Shown: positions 31,371 through 40,167 of the stretch, piece by piece
How the letters are laid out: every line of letters starts with the position of its first letter
How positions within the stretch are numbered: position 1 is the stretch's first letter
Assembly (NCBI GenBank): GCA_015058875.1
Contig: SVBN01000006.1
Span: 2,705 to 66,704, forward strand
From: Erysipelotrichaceae bacterium
GTDB taxonomy: Bacteria; Bacillota_I; Bacilli_A; Erysipelotrichales; Erysipelotrichaceae
Direction: 5' to 3'
DNA: 64,000 nt
Made by a program: the position numbers and the translations under genes
The notes under the pieces: model-generated
The model's database searches: none
What the model saw: the letters and a program-made list of their open reading frames with translations, nothing else
What the model was told of the DNA's origin: nothing

Positions 31371-32449
31371 AAAACCCGCTCCTTCCTGAGGGCATTGAAA
31401 GCAAAGATCTTCTGCCCGGTTTCAATCTCATAGTATCTGAGCAGATCCTGCTGTTTCATCGGATCCGCGGAAATATAAATATAGGATCTTCCGTCATTCT
31501 TCCCTTTCAGGGTATCTCTCAGCATTTTCTCCGTCGTCTGCGTGCTGTCCAGACATGCCCTTCCCAGACATTCATACACCGCGTTCAGATGAACCGGTCC
31601 GGTTCCGTCCTGCACTTTTCCGAAGACGGAGGACGCGGAAAGAATCCAGGCATTGGTCACGAAGCTGAACTGTATATTCTTCTCTTCCAGCATTTCACAG
31701 ATCGTACGGGCAGCGGAAAACACCGCTTCCGCACCCTCTTTATCCGCACCGGTGATATCCGCGATCAGGGAGGCTCTGCTTTCTGCGGTGAAATCGTATT
31801 GCTTGACCATAAACCGGTTCCGCCGCAGCGTTTCCTTCCATGATATATCCCGCATCGGTTCCCTTCCGGTATATTCACGGAAACCGACCGTATCAATCGG
31901 ATCGGGCATGATAAACCGGCGCACTGAGATTTCTCCGAGGTACCCGCCGAACGCCTGTTCCAGATGTGCGATTTCCATCTTTCCCGGCTTGACGACAATC
32001 TCTCTTGCCATCGTTCTGGTCATGGTTCTCTCCTGCAGACCGAACAGATCACCGGCAGTCAGCTGCGCACCCTTCAGCAGATATCTGCCTCTTTCAGGCA
32101 GCGACACCTCCACGGTGCGTTTCAGGCGCTGATGAGGCATGATGTACACCACCTGTTCCATGGAGGAAGAGGATTCTGTTCCGATCGTTCTCACCCGGCG
32201 GAAGCGGATTCCCTTTTCATGTTCCGCAATCTGAAGAGAGGAAGGCACCGTCTCATCCAGATGCAGGAAAAACACCGGCAGTGCCTTGTCGTTTTCCACG
32301 CTGGAAGTCAGATGAAAAGACTCCCCGCATTCCACAAGACGCCGGTCGCTGCGGATATCATATTTCAGTCCGTCCAGGCAATGTGCCAGTGTATATCTCT
32401 GCAGCAGCATTGCCGCAATGATCAGGACCGCAAGCGTCAGAAAGCTCAC
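31367..32449 (-). CDS. DUF58 domain protein
   Basis: RGRY..GDLFG, GFREYTGREPMRDISWK, FMVKQYD; GTGA/ATGA overlaps with both neighbours. Confidence 0.85.
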   Translation of the reverse strand: MSFLTLAVLIIAAMLLQRYTLAHCLDGLKYDIRSDRRLVECGESFHLTSSVENDKALPVFFLHLDETVPSSLQIAEHEKGIRFRRVRTIGTESSSSMEQVVYIMPHQRLKRTVEVSLPERGRYLLKGAQLTAGDLFGLQERTMTRTMAREIVVKPGKMEIAHLEQAFGGYLGEISVRRFIMPDPIDTVGFREYTGREPMRDISWKETLRRNRFMVKQYDFTAESRASLIADITGADKEGAEAVFSAARTICEMLEEKNIQFSFVTNAWILSASSVFGKVQDGTGPVHLNAVYECLGRACLDSTQTTEKMLRDTLKGKNDGRSYIYISADPMKQQDLLRYYEIETGQKIFAFNALRKERVL

Positions 32450-33387
32450 ATTTCCTCCAGCGGTACACGGATGGAAGAAATGATGCGCTGCACATATGCT
32501 TCGCTTTCTCTTCTGGAAGCGGAAGAGGAACCGATTCTGTGGGCAAGCACAGCCGGCGCAAGATCCCGCACATCTTCCGGAATCACATAGTCCCTGCCGG
32601 AGAGTGCGGCCATGGCCTGCGAACCGTGATACAGTGCTATTCCGCCGCGGGTGGAAACACCGCCGGAAAGACTCTCATCCTCTCTGGTGGCCGAAATGAT
32701 ATCCATCATATATCCGGCCGCATCATCGGAGACATGCACTTCCCGGACCATTTCCTTCAGCTTCATTGTTTCTTCTTCCGTGACTTTCTGTTCCAGTTCC
32801 TCCACGATTGCGGCAGCCGGCTTTCTGGCAATAACGGCAAGTTCCTGTTCACGGCTCATATAGCCCAGGGAAAGACGCATGAAGAAGCGGTCCACCTGTG
32901 CTTCCGGCAGCGGGAAGGTACCGTAGCTTTCCAGCGGATTCTGGGTTGCCATGACCATAAACGGTTCCTGCATTTTCCGCGTGACGCCGTCGATGGTAAT
33001 CTGGCGCTCTTCCATCGCTTCCAGCAGTGACGCCTGGGTTCTGGGGGTTGCACGGTTGATCTCATCCGCCAGAATAATCTGGGCAAACAGCGGTCCCGGC
33101 CGGAACTCAAATTCCTGCGATTTCATATTGTAGTAGTTGATGCCGGTCAGATCGCTCGGCAGAAGGTCCGGCGTAAACTGCACACGCTTAAAAGAACCGC
33201 CGACAGTTTTCGCAAACGCTCTCAGAAGCATGGTCTTGCCTGTTCCCGGCACATCTTCCAGCAGAACATGTCCCGAGCACAGATAGCATGCCGTCAGCCG
33301 CTTAATCACTTCATCTTTTCCGAGAATCACCTTCCCGACATTATCCAGTATTCTGTCACGATAGGACTCAAACAGTTTCATATCCAT
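32446..33387 (-). CDS. MoxR-family AAA+ ATPase
   Basis: LLEDVPGTGKT, QFTPDLLPSD, ADEINRATPRTQASLLEAM, ATQNPLESYGTFPLPEAQVDRF. Confidence 0.94.
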   Translation of the reverse strand: MDMKLFESYRDRILDNVGKVILGKDEVIKRLTACYLCSGHVLLEDVPGTGKTMLLRAFAKTVGGSFKRVQFTPDLLPSDLTGINYYNMKSQEFEFRPGPLFAQIILADEINRATPRTQASLLEAMEERQITIDGVTRKMQEPFMVMATQNPLESYGTFPLPEAQVDRFFMRLSLGYMSREQELAVIARKPAAAIVEELEQKVTEEETMKLKEMVREVHVSDDAAGYMMDIISATREDESLSGGVSTRGGIALYHGSQAMAALSGRDYVIPEDVRDLAPAVLAHRIGSSSASRRESEAYVQRIISSIRVPLEEM

Positions 33388-33470
33388 AGTTTATTTCTCC
33401 GTATCAACGGACTAATTATCTCTGCACACGGAATGATTTGCAAACAAAGGGAATCAGAAAACTGCAGATT

Positions 33471-33767
33471 TTACTCTGCAGTCTGCGAATCTGTTTCTTC
33501 TTTTTTCATTTCCGGAGTTTCTTCGGAAACATCTGCCGTTTCTGTTTCCGCCGGCTTTACAGTCCAGAGCGTTCCTTCCTGCTTTTCCTTTTCCAGCTTC
33601 TCCAGGATTTCGGCATACTCCGGCGTATAGCGGGATGACGGCGGCTCGGGAAGCGGATCATCCGGCACAAACTTCATTGTCACCTCTTCCGCAGGAGTCA
33701 CCTGTACCTCGGGCGGTGTTTCTTCCTTTTTCTTCCGGCTGAAGAATGCCTTTATCTTTTCAAACAT
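33471..33767 (-). CDS. Hypothetical acidic, Pro/Glu-rich small protein with N-terminal amphipathic helix
   Basis: MFEKIKAFFSRKKKEE start with SD GAGG; 98 aa. Confidence 0.6.
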   Translation of the reverse strand: MFEKIKAFFSRKKKEETPPEVQVTPAEEVTMKFVPDDPLPEPPSSRYTPEYAEILEKLEKEKQEGTLWTVKPAETETADVSEETPEMKKEETDSQTAE

Positions 33768-33774
33768 GCAAGCC

Positions 33775-34176
33775 TCACTTCTTATGGATGTCCAGATCTC
33801 CCAGACCGTCTTTTCCGAGCAGTGCATTCAGCATCTTCATATCCGAATTCAGATCCATGCTGTGAACATCTGCCGCCTTTTCCCTCTGTTCCTTTAATTC
33901 CTGCAGGAAGCTTTTCAGCATCCATTCCGTATAAGCCGATTCATTCTCTGTCGGCTCATCCAGCAGGGAATACTGCTCCATCATCTGCAGGATTCCCGGA
34001 TATCTCTTTTCATACAGTTTCTGCAGGCCTTTGCTGTCTGCGTCTGCCAGCTTATCCAGACGCTTCTGTTCATTCAGGATATCCCGGATCAGATCGTGAA
34101 TCTCCGGGTTGTCAATTGCAGCATTCAGCTTCATCAGTTCCGTCTGAACGGCTGCCGGATTATATTTCTGCATCAT
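33775..34176 (-). CDS. XpaC (5-bromo-4-chloroindolyl phosphate hydrolysis)-like helical domain
   Basis: Helical 133 aa ending DLNSDMKMLNALLGKDGL, resembling the XpaC C-terminus; ATGA overlap upstream. Confidence 0.5.
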   Translation of the reverse strand: MMQKYNPAAVQTELMKLNAAIDNPEIHDLIRDILNEQKRLDKLADADSKGLQKLYEKRYPGILQMMEQYSLLDEPTENESAYTEWMLKSFLQELKEQREKAADVHSMDLNSDMKMLNALLGKDGLGDLDIHKK

Positions 34177-34835
34177 TGGGGATCTTTCATTGTCATTGCA
34201 AGCAGCACTGCGGAATAGTCTCTTCCGAACTCATCGGAATTAATGACCAGATCATAGTTTTCCTTCTGACCCCAGGGAATATCGGAGGATGCATTATGCC
34301 AGCTCTTCCGGTTGTTGTCTTCTTCCCTGATCTTTTCGAGGATAAGTGCCCCGTCGGTAAGATCTTTGTACAGCGGGCTGACCTTTGCACGTTCAATCAG
34401 ATATTCCGGCTTCTCCGCATAGGTCATCGCGCTGATGCATGTATAGCCTCTGGCAAGGATTTCATCCTTTCCGGCACGGTCGTGAATCAGACACGGTCCC
34501 TTGGCAAGCGCTCTGTCAATCGCCAGATCAAATACCTTCTTCAGCTTCTGATACTCCGGATCCGCCTGCATCTCTTCTTTTGTCCAGATGCGCGCCTTTG
34601 TTTTCTCTTCATATGCCGCAAGATCATCCGCACTTACGCCGCACTCCGGCACCAGTTCGAGGAGAATCACCGCATCATAAAATTCGTATCCGGACATTCT
34701 GCATGCCCTGACTCCGATCATTCTTCCCATGCTGCAGTATGCACTGTCCAGGACCACGCAGTGCGGTTTTTTAAACTGTTTTTCAAACGACTCCATCCCG
34801 GTCGTATCCAATGCTGTGCGTACATCTTCTGCCAT
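34173..34835 (-). CDS. Cytidylate kinase-like family protein
   Basis: SMGRMIG..ACRMSGYEFYD, GPCLIHDR, WGQKENYDLVINSDEFG. Confidence 0.72.
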   Translation of the reverse strand: MAEDVRTALDTTGMESFEKQFKKPHCVVLDSAYCSMGRMIGVRACRMSGYEFYDAVILLELVPECGVSADDLAAYEEKTKARIWTKEEMQADPEYQKLKKVFDLAIDRALAKGPCLIHDRAGKDEILARGYTCISAMTYAEKPEYLIERAKVSPLYKDLTDGALILEKIREEDNNRKSWHNASSDIPWGQKENYDLVINSDEFGRDYSAVLLAMTMKDPQ

Positions 34836-34837
34836 GA

Positions 34838-35497
34838 TTATTCTCCTTTTCCCAGCACTTCCCATTGCCTGCTTACAAAATACATCATTGCCGCCCACGT
34901 GACAAGCGGATAAGGAACGCCGTGCTCATCGCATCCATTCGCCAGAATCTTCTTCGTTTCCTCCATGTCCGCCAGGATGAATCCGTCGAAGCGCTCCGTG
35001 CCTTCCGCACCGTTCTGATTCAGCTCATGATCATCCTGCAGATTGACGACCACGGCAATCAGAGCCGTGCTTTCGTCGGTAAATCCGGGAGAGCAGAAGA
35101 CCAGCGGCTGAATCACCTTCATCACATCTTTATCTCTGATGATAATTCCGGTTTCTTCCCGCAGCTCTCTTTCCAATGCATGAATCAGAGGCTGATCCGT
35201 TTTCATGTCCTTTTGGTCAATCAATCCGGACGGAATGCTCAGCACATACTGGCCGGTCGGATAGCGGTATTCCTGAAACATCAGCAGTCTCGGCCTGTCC
35301 GGGAATTTCAATATAACAAATCCCGATACCGCATCCGGCATCCCGGGATGTTCCTTTGAGGCAAACAGTGCTTCCTTTTTCCTTCTGGAGGCGTCATAAT
35401 AATGTGTTCCGTCTTCATACTGCAGATCATATACATTGACATACGGCGTCTCCAGCAGGATATCCGCATCTTTATATTTCGGTTTTTCCATCATCAT
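34838..35497 (-). CDS. Nudix hydrolase, ADP-ribose pyrophosphatase-like
   Basis: QEYRYP, PSGLID...RELREETG, CSPGFTDE. Confidence 0.85.
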   Translation of the reverse strand: MMMEKPKYKDADILLETPYVNVYDLQYEDGTHYYDASRRKKEALFASKEHPGMPDAVSGFVILKFPDRPRLLMFQEYRYPTGQYVLSIPSGLIDQKDMKTDQPLIHALERELREETGIIIRDKDVMKVIQPLVFCSPGFTDESTALIAVVVNLQDDHELNQNGAEGTERFDGFILADMEETKKILANGCDEHGVPYPLVTWAAMMYFVSRQWEVLGKGE

Positions 35498-35894
35498 CCA
35501 CTCTTTCTATGTTCAGTATATCTTCAAACCGGACCGCAGCCTGTTCCGTTTCCAGGACCTGATCTGCGGCAGATATTTTCTTTACAGTTTCCCGTGATTC
35601 CCGTATCATTCCGCCTTCCTTGATTTCATCCCTGACAAAATACCGGAGATATATCTGATCGGCGCGATGCAATGTTCTTAATACGGCGTCAATTTCTTCG
35701 ATTTCACTGTCGTCCAGTACCGGTTTTGTTTCGGTCCGCCTGGCGATTTCCGCTGTTGCCTCCTCATATCCGGTCAATGCCGCAAACGGCATGAACTGGG
35801 CGGCTCTGTCCCCTGCAGGCATCGGTCTGTGATTGCGGGATACATGATGGGGCAGATCGATGATGTCATCATATTTATGCATATCATCCGTCAT
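35472..35894 (-). CDS. YolD-like protein (UmuD-like partner of Y-family polymerases)
   Basis: YDDIIDLPHHVS..HRPM...RAAQFMPFAALTGY; ATGA overlap with the polymerase gene. Confidence 0.85.
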   Translation of the reverse strand: MTDDMHKYDDIIDLPHHVSRNHRPMPAGDRAAQFMPFAALTGYEEATAEIARRTETKPVLDDSEIEEIDAVLRTLHRADQIYLRYFVRDEIKEGGMIRESRETVKKISAADQVLETEQAAVRFEDILNIERVDDDGKTEI

Positions 35895-37387
35895 TTCCGG
35901 TGTCCTCCGATCTGTTTGTTGCGCTCTTTCATCGTTGCGCCTTTCTCCAGATTCATTCCCTTGAGCACCGTATTCTTTCCGAACTTCTTCTGCAGCTGCA
36001 CAATCGCTTCCTGGGCTTTCTTTTCGCGTTCCAGATCTTCCAGAAAAGACTGATCTTTTTCTTCCTGTGCCTGCGGATCGGAGAACAGATCCAGCTGCAC
36101 GGGCGCTTTTTCCCGGACCCTGTCCGGTGAAACCGTGCCCAGAATAATGGTAATCCTGCGGACAGTCATACCCGGGTCCGCTTTCCTGCGGTAGATTTGT
36201 GCAGCTGTCCTGCGGATCAGCGATGCGGACACATTCGGTACGTCAAACGTCACGGTTCCATGCACGCCTTTCGGTATGGCTCTGCCCATCCAGTCGGTAT
36301 CCCTTTTCCCGGAGAAGCCGTCCATCTTCAGGTTTTCGACATCATACCCGACCGCAACCGTCACACTCTGTGCCAGCAGTCCGGTATCCATGAGGTCCAG
36401 TGCCAGACGCTCGCTCATTTCCTTCACGATGATCTCAGCTTTCCCAAAGGAATACGGACATGAAAGCACCTGTCCCGAAGATACGGTGGATGACTGCGGA
36501 ACATATTCCCTGATCTGTTTTATTGTGCATGGTTCCCATCCCCATGCATGGTCTATCAGCAGCTCGGCATTGACCCCGAACAGCTTATACAGCAGGTCTT
36601 CATTTTCCAATGAGCATCTGGCAATATCGCCCATTGTATATAATCCATGATCCTCAAGCTTCTTTACATATCCTCTGCCGACTCTCCAGAAGTCTCTCAG
36701 CGGGCGGTGGTTCCAGAGCAGCCTGCGGTAGGACATCTCGTCCAGTTCCGCAATCCGCACGCCGTCTTCATCCGCCGGAATATGCTTGGCAACGATATCC
36801 ATGGCGACCTTGGCCAGATACATATTCGTGCCGATCCCGGCCGTAGCGGTGATGCCTGTGCTTCTGAGCACATCGCGGATCATTGTCATTGCCAGCTCAT
36901 GTGCGCTCATCTGATATGTATTCAGATAATCCGTCACATCCATGAATACTTCATCGATCGAATAGATATGAATATCCTCTTCACTGATATATTTCAGATA
37001 GATGCTGTAGATCCTGGTGCTGTATTCGATATACAGCGCCATCCGCGGCACGGCAATATGAAAATCCAGTTCCATTTCCGGATGCTGTGCCAGTTTCCGC
37101 TGGTCGCAGGACGTTCCTTCCATCCTTCCCCGGTGCATTGCCCTTCTTCTCTGATTGATCTTGCGGACTGCTTCATTGACTTCAAACAGCCGGCATCTGG
37201 AAGGAATGCCGTATGCTTTCAGCGAGGGAGAAACAGCCAGACAGATCGTCTTTTCCGTTCTGCTTTCATCCGCCACGACAAGATTGATATTCAGCGGATC
37301 CAGTCCCCGCTCCTGGCATTCCACGGACGCATAAAAGGACTTCAGATCAATCGCAATATAGGTTCTCTGCTTTTCTTCCGTCACCAT
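35891..37387 (-). CDS. Y-family DNA polymerase (UmuC/ImpB/DinP-like)
   Basis: IDLKSFYASVEC, CLAVSP, YSIDEVF, GIGTNMYLAK, C-terminal clamp motif QLDLF, KKFGKNTVLKG. Confidence 0.9.
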   Translation of the reverse strand: MVTEEKQRTYIAIDLKSFYASVECQERGLDPLNINLVVADESRTEKTICLAVSPSLKAYGIPSRCRLFEVNEAVRKINQRRRAMHRGRMEGTSCDQRKLAQHPEMELDFHIAVPRMALYIEYSTRIYSIYLKYISEEDIHIYSIDEVFMDVTDYLNTYQMSAHELAMTMIRDVLRSTGITATAGIGTNMYLAKVAMDIVAKHIPADEDGVRIAELDEMSYRRLLWNHRPLRDFWRVGRGYVKKLEDHGLYTMGDIARCSLENEDLLYKLFGVNAELLIDHAWGWEPCTIKQIREYVPQSSTVSSGQVLSCPYSFGKAEIIVKEMSERLALDLMDTGLLAQSVTVAVGYDVENLKMDGFSGKRDTDWMGRAIPKGVHGTVTFDVPNVSASLIRRTAAQIYRRKADPGMTVRRITIILGTVSPDRVREKAPVQLDLFSDPQAQEEKDQSFLEDLEREKKAQEAIVQLQKKFGKNTVLKGMNLEKGATMKERNKQIGGHRK

Positions 37388-37432
37388 ATTATTATTGTAA
37401 TTCAAAAACCGGATTTCTCCGGTTCAGTTATT

Positions 37433-38128
37433 TCACCACTTATTGGTACGGCCGCTTCCGCTTCTGCGTTTCGGCGCATTCCCGGGACGGCTCCCGCTGT
37501 TTGTACGATAGCTCTTGTGCATATTCATCTGCGGTGCTTTCGGCTGCTGCATACGCGGAGCCGGCTGCTGTTTCGGACGCACAGGCACATACTGTTTCCG
37601 CGGTTTCGGCGTAAACAGCGGTCTGAAGATGCGTTCCAGCAGAGAAGGTTTCCGAATGGTAGTGTAATGCGTCACCTTATTTGCGGCGCTCAGCGCACCG
37701 ATGATCATCGCCGCGGAGGCGATCAATGATCCGTCCGTATTGAATACGGAAGAGGATGCCTTTCTGCTCAGATCAGCATAGACCTGATTTTCATCGAGCA
37801 CTGTTACTTCCACACCGTATTCACTGAACATCTGCGCAATGCAGGATGCCTCGGCTTCGCTCAGATTCTGTGCAATCTGAACGGGAACATTGTTCAGCAG
37901 CTGTGTTGTCTCGGCATAGCTGTAATTGAATACATCCGACAGCAATCCGCGCAGTACGGATTCACCGGCGCTTCCTCCGGAGACAAGCACCAGCTGATAT
38001 TCACGGACAGCCGCAGAATTAACGTTGGAAAGAGAGACTGCCGTGCTTCCCTCTGTCAGGGAAAAGCCGCAGTACGGACAGAAATTGATTGCTGTTTCAA
38101 GCTGTTTTCCGCAATTCGGACAGAACAT
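37433..38128 (-). CDS. Zinc-ribbon protein with L7/L12-CTD/ClpS-like domain and basic tail
   Basis: CPNCG...CPYCG; ...VPVQIAQNLSEAEA..IAQMFSEYGVEVTV; SD GAGG. Confidence 0.65.
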   Translation of the reverse strand: MFCPNCGKQLETAINFCPYCGFSLTEGSTAVSLSNVNSAAVREYQLVLVSGGSAGESVLRGLLSDVFNYSYAETTQLLNNVPVQIAQNLSEAEASCIAQMFSEYGVEVTVLDENQVYADLSRKASSSVFNTDGSLIASAAMIIGALSAANKVTHYTTIRKPSLLERIFRPLFTPKPRKQYVPVRPKQQPAPRMQQPKAPQMNMHKSYRTNSGSRPGNAPKRRSGSGRTNKW

Positions 38129-38212
38129 AGTTTCATACCTCACTTTAACAATCAGACTATACTTGACCGGCTGAAAGTATCGGTGATGTCTGTCTGAATT
38201 TTGTGTGAACCC

Positions 38213-38914
38213 TCAGCCTCTGAGAAAGTATGCGATCTGTTCTTCGGAAGCTTCCGGAACGATCTTTTTCAGATGCCGGACAATTCTCCGGTATGATTCT
38301 TCCGGCGTGCGTCTGTACACTTTGTTCTCAAATGATTTTCCGAAAAAGGATTCCGGGGTGGCGTATCTTGCGACGCCCCAGCCGTAGAAGTTTCCGTTCT
38401 TATCCACCTCATAATCAAAGCCGGATGTGGTCACATAGCATTGCATCTGAAGGCGGGTAATCTGCGTATCAAAACCTTTTCTCGGTTCCCACTGATCCTG
38501 TCCTTTTGTTTTCGGTTTGACATAACCGCCGATTGCCTTTGCGTCCTTGGAAAGAATTGAACGCTTCGAAGCGATGATATTATAAAGGAACTGATCGTTA
38601 TAATTTCCGATCCCCTCATCCATTCTTGCATCAAAGTCATAGCCGTCCCTGCGGTAATTGGCAAAATCCGGAAACCACTTCTTCGATATAAACCCTGCTT
38701 TCTTATTGAAGAACTTTCCGTAGGCACATCTCAGTTCCTGAATCACCGGCCCCTTCCATTCCCAGACGCCTTCCTCATCGGAGAAATATGCCCTCGGATC
38801 CACATGTTCCTCAATGGAAAAGCCTTCGATTTCATGTGCGAAAAACGGCAGGAAGCCGAGACTGTCCACCGCCGCCATCAGATCTTCTTTTGTCCTGATA
38901 TAAAAATCCGTCAT
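38213..38914 (-). CDS. AlkZ-related winged-helix protein
   Basis: GFLPFF, WEWK, AYGKFF.KKAGFIS..WFPDFANYRR, KGFDTQITRLQMQCYV, YGWGVARYATPE. Confidence 0.7.
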   Translation of the reverse strand: MTDFYIRTKEDLMAAVDSLGFLPFFAHEIEGFSIEEHVDPRAYFSDEEGVWEWKGPVIQELRCAYGKFFNKKAGFISKKWFPDFANYRRDGYDFDARMDEGIGNYNDQFLYNIIASKRSILSKDAKAIGGYVKPKTKGQDQWEPRKGFDTQITRLQMQCYVTTSGFDYEVDKNGNFYGWGVARYATPESFFGKSFENKVYRRTPEESYRRIVRHLKKIVPEASEEQIAYFLRG

Positions 38915-38999
38915 ACTGCTTTCTCCTGTCACTTTCTGTCTTATTATATCCTGCCGTATAAAAACAGAGCAGAATGTTATCCGCCCTGTTTTCATGTAT

Positions 39000-40136
39000 T
39001 CAGTTTTCTGTCTGTATTTCCACCGTGCAGGCGTCTTCGCAGTCTTCGATCTCAGCCGTGGCTTCACCGTCGATAACCTCTGTGCCGAGATGTTCATGGA
39101 ACCATTCCGACAGGCTTCTGACACTTTTGTAATGCGGCAGATCCTCATCGGAATCCGCTCTCAGTACTGCCCGCAGCTCCCCGTTTTCAATGATCGCCAC
39201 CGACGGCGTATATTCCACCTGCCCGCTCAGCAGCGTCTCTGTTTCTTTCAGTTCCGTCAGGGAGATGCCCGCAATATCGACAAGACCCGCTTCGGCATAT
39301 TCACTGATCACCGGCAGGAAAGCAGCGCAGGAGCCGCATCCCGGCAGACTGATATAGACCGCAAACGTTTCCTTATCTTCAGCTTTCCGGCTGATTTCTT
39401 CCGCTGTAACAGCGGGTATCACGGATGTTTCTTCACCTGTTTCGGAAACCGCTGTGCTTTCCGGTGCGTCCTGTATTCTGTGCAGAGAGGAGAAATCAAT
39501 GTAATGATACGGTGCCTTATAGAAATCATAGTAGGTCTCACCGTTCTCTTCTCGCTTCAGCGATACGCTGTGTTCCCCTTCATAGAACCAGTATCCACCG
39601 GCGTTGTAGATCTTTGAAGCATCCCATCCGAGCTCCGCCAGCATCCCTTTGGTCATGCCGGCATACCCGCCGCCCCCGCACATCAGGATAATATTCTTAT
39701 CCTTCGGGAACAGATATTCCAGGATCTCCATGGATTCCTCATAAGCCGGTTCATAGCCGTTTTCCGTATGGATAAACAGCGTGTCTCCCCGGTAGCCCGT
39801 TCCGACTTCCGGAGGCAGTCCCTCCACATTGGTCAGATACGGGAACGGAACAATCTCAAAGCCTTCCACGTATCCGGACAGCCAGGAATCGCCGCCGATC
39901 GCTTCATACTCCGCTTCATCCTTCAGCATCCGCATATCCCGATAGACCGTGTCCTCCCGGTTCAGATACTGATCGATCGTTTTCTCATTGATATTCTTAT
40001 CGATTCCGAACTGTTCCCCGCGCAGTCCTTCTTCGAGTTCCGGTACAGGCAGCGGCGAGGGTGCGGAAGATGCAGGCTGCGCGCTGCATCCCGCAAGCAC
40101 CAGCAATGCGGATATCGTTATTAATTTCAGTTTCAT
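39000..40136 (-). CDS. Lipoprotein with rhodanese domain fused to a thioredoxin-like domain
   Basis: Lipobox LAGC; rhodanese loop LMCGGGGYA and YNAGG; PGCGSC; VEYTPS; tail DCEDAC. Confidence 0.72.
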   Translation of the reverse strand: MKLKLITISALLVLAGCSAQPASSAPSPLPVPELEEGLRGEQFGIDKNINEKTIDQYLNREDTVYRDMRMLKDEAEYEAIGGDSWLSGYVEGFEIVPFPYLTNVEGLPPEVGTGYRGDTLFIHTENGYEPAYEESMEILEYLFPKDKNIILMCGGGGYAGMTKGMLAELGWDASKIYNAGGYWFYEGEHSVSLKREENGETYYDFYKAPYHYIDFSSLHRIQDAPESTAVSETGEETSVIPAVTAEEISRKAEDKETFAVYISLPGCGSCAAFLPVISEYAEAGLVDIAGISLTELKETETLLSGQVEYTPSVAIIENGELRAVLRADSDEDLPHYKSVRSLSEWFHEHLGTEVIDGEATAEIEDCEDACTVEIQTEN

Positions 40137-40167
40137 GTTTCTCCTTTTCTCCGGAGAACCCGGATCA

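Noticed and set aside
37388-37432. LexA/SOS box upstream of the Y-family polymerase
   Set aside because: No GAAC-N4-GTTC; the only symmetry is the terminator-like AACCGGA-gaaa-TCCGGTT of the upstream gene
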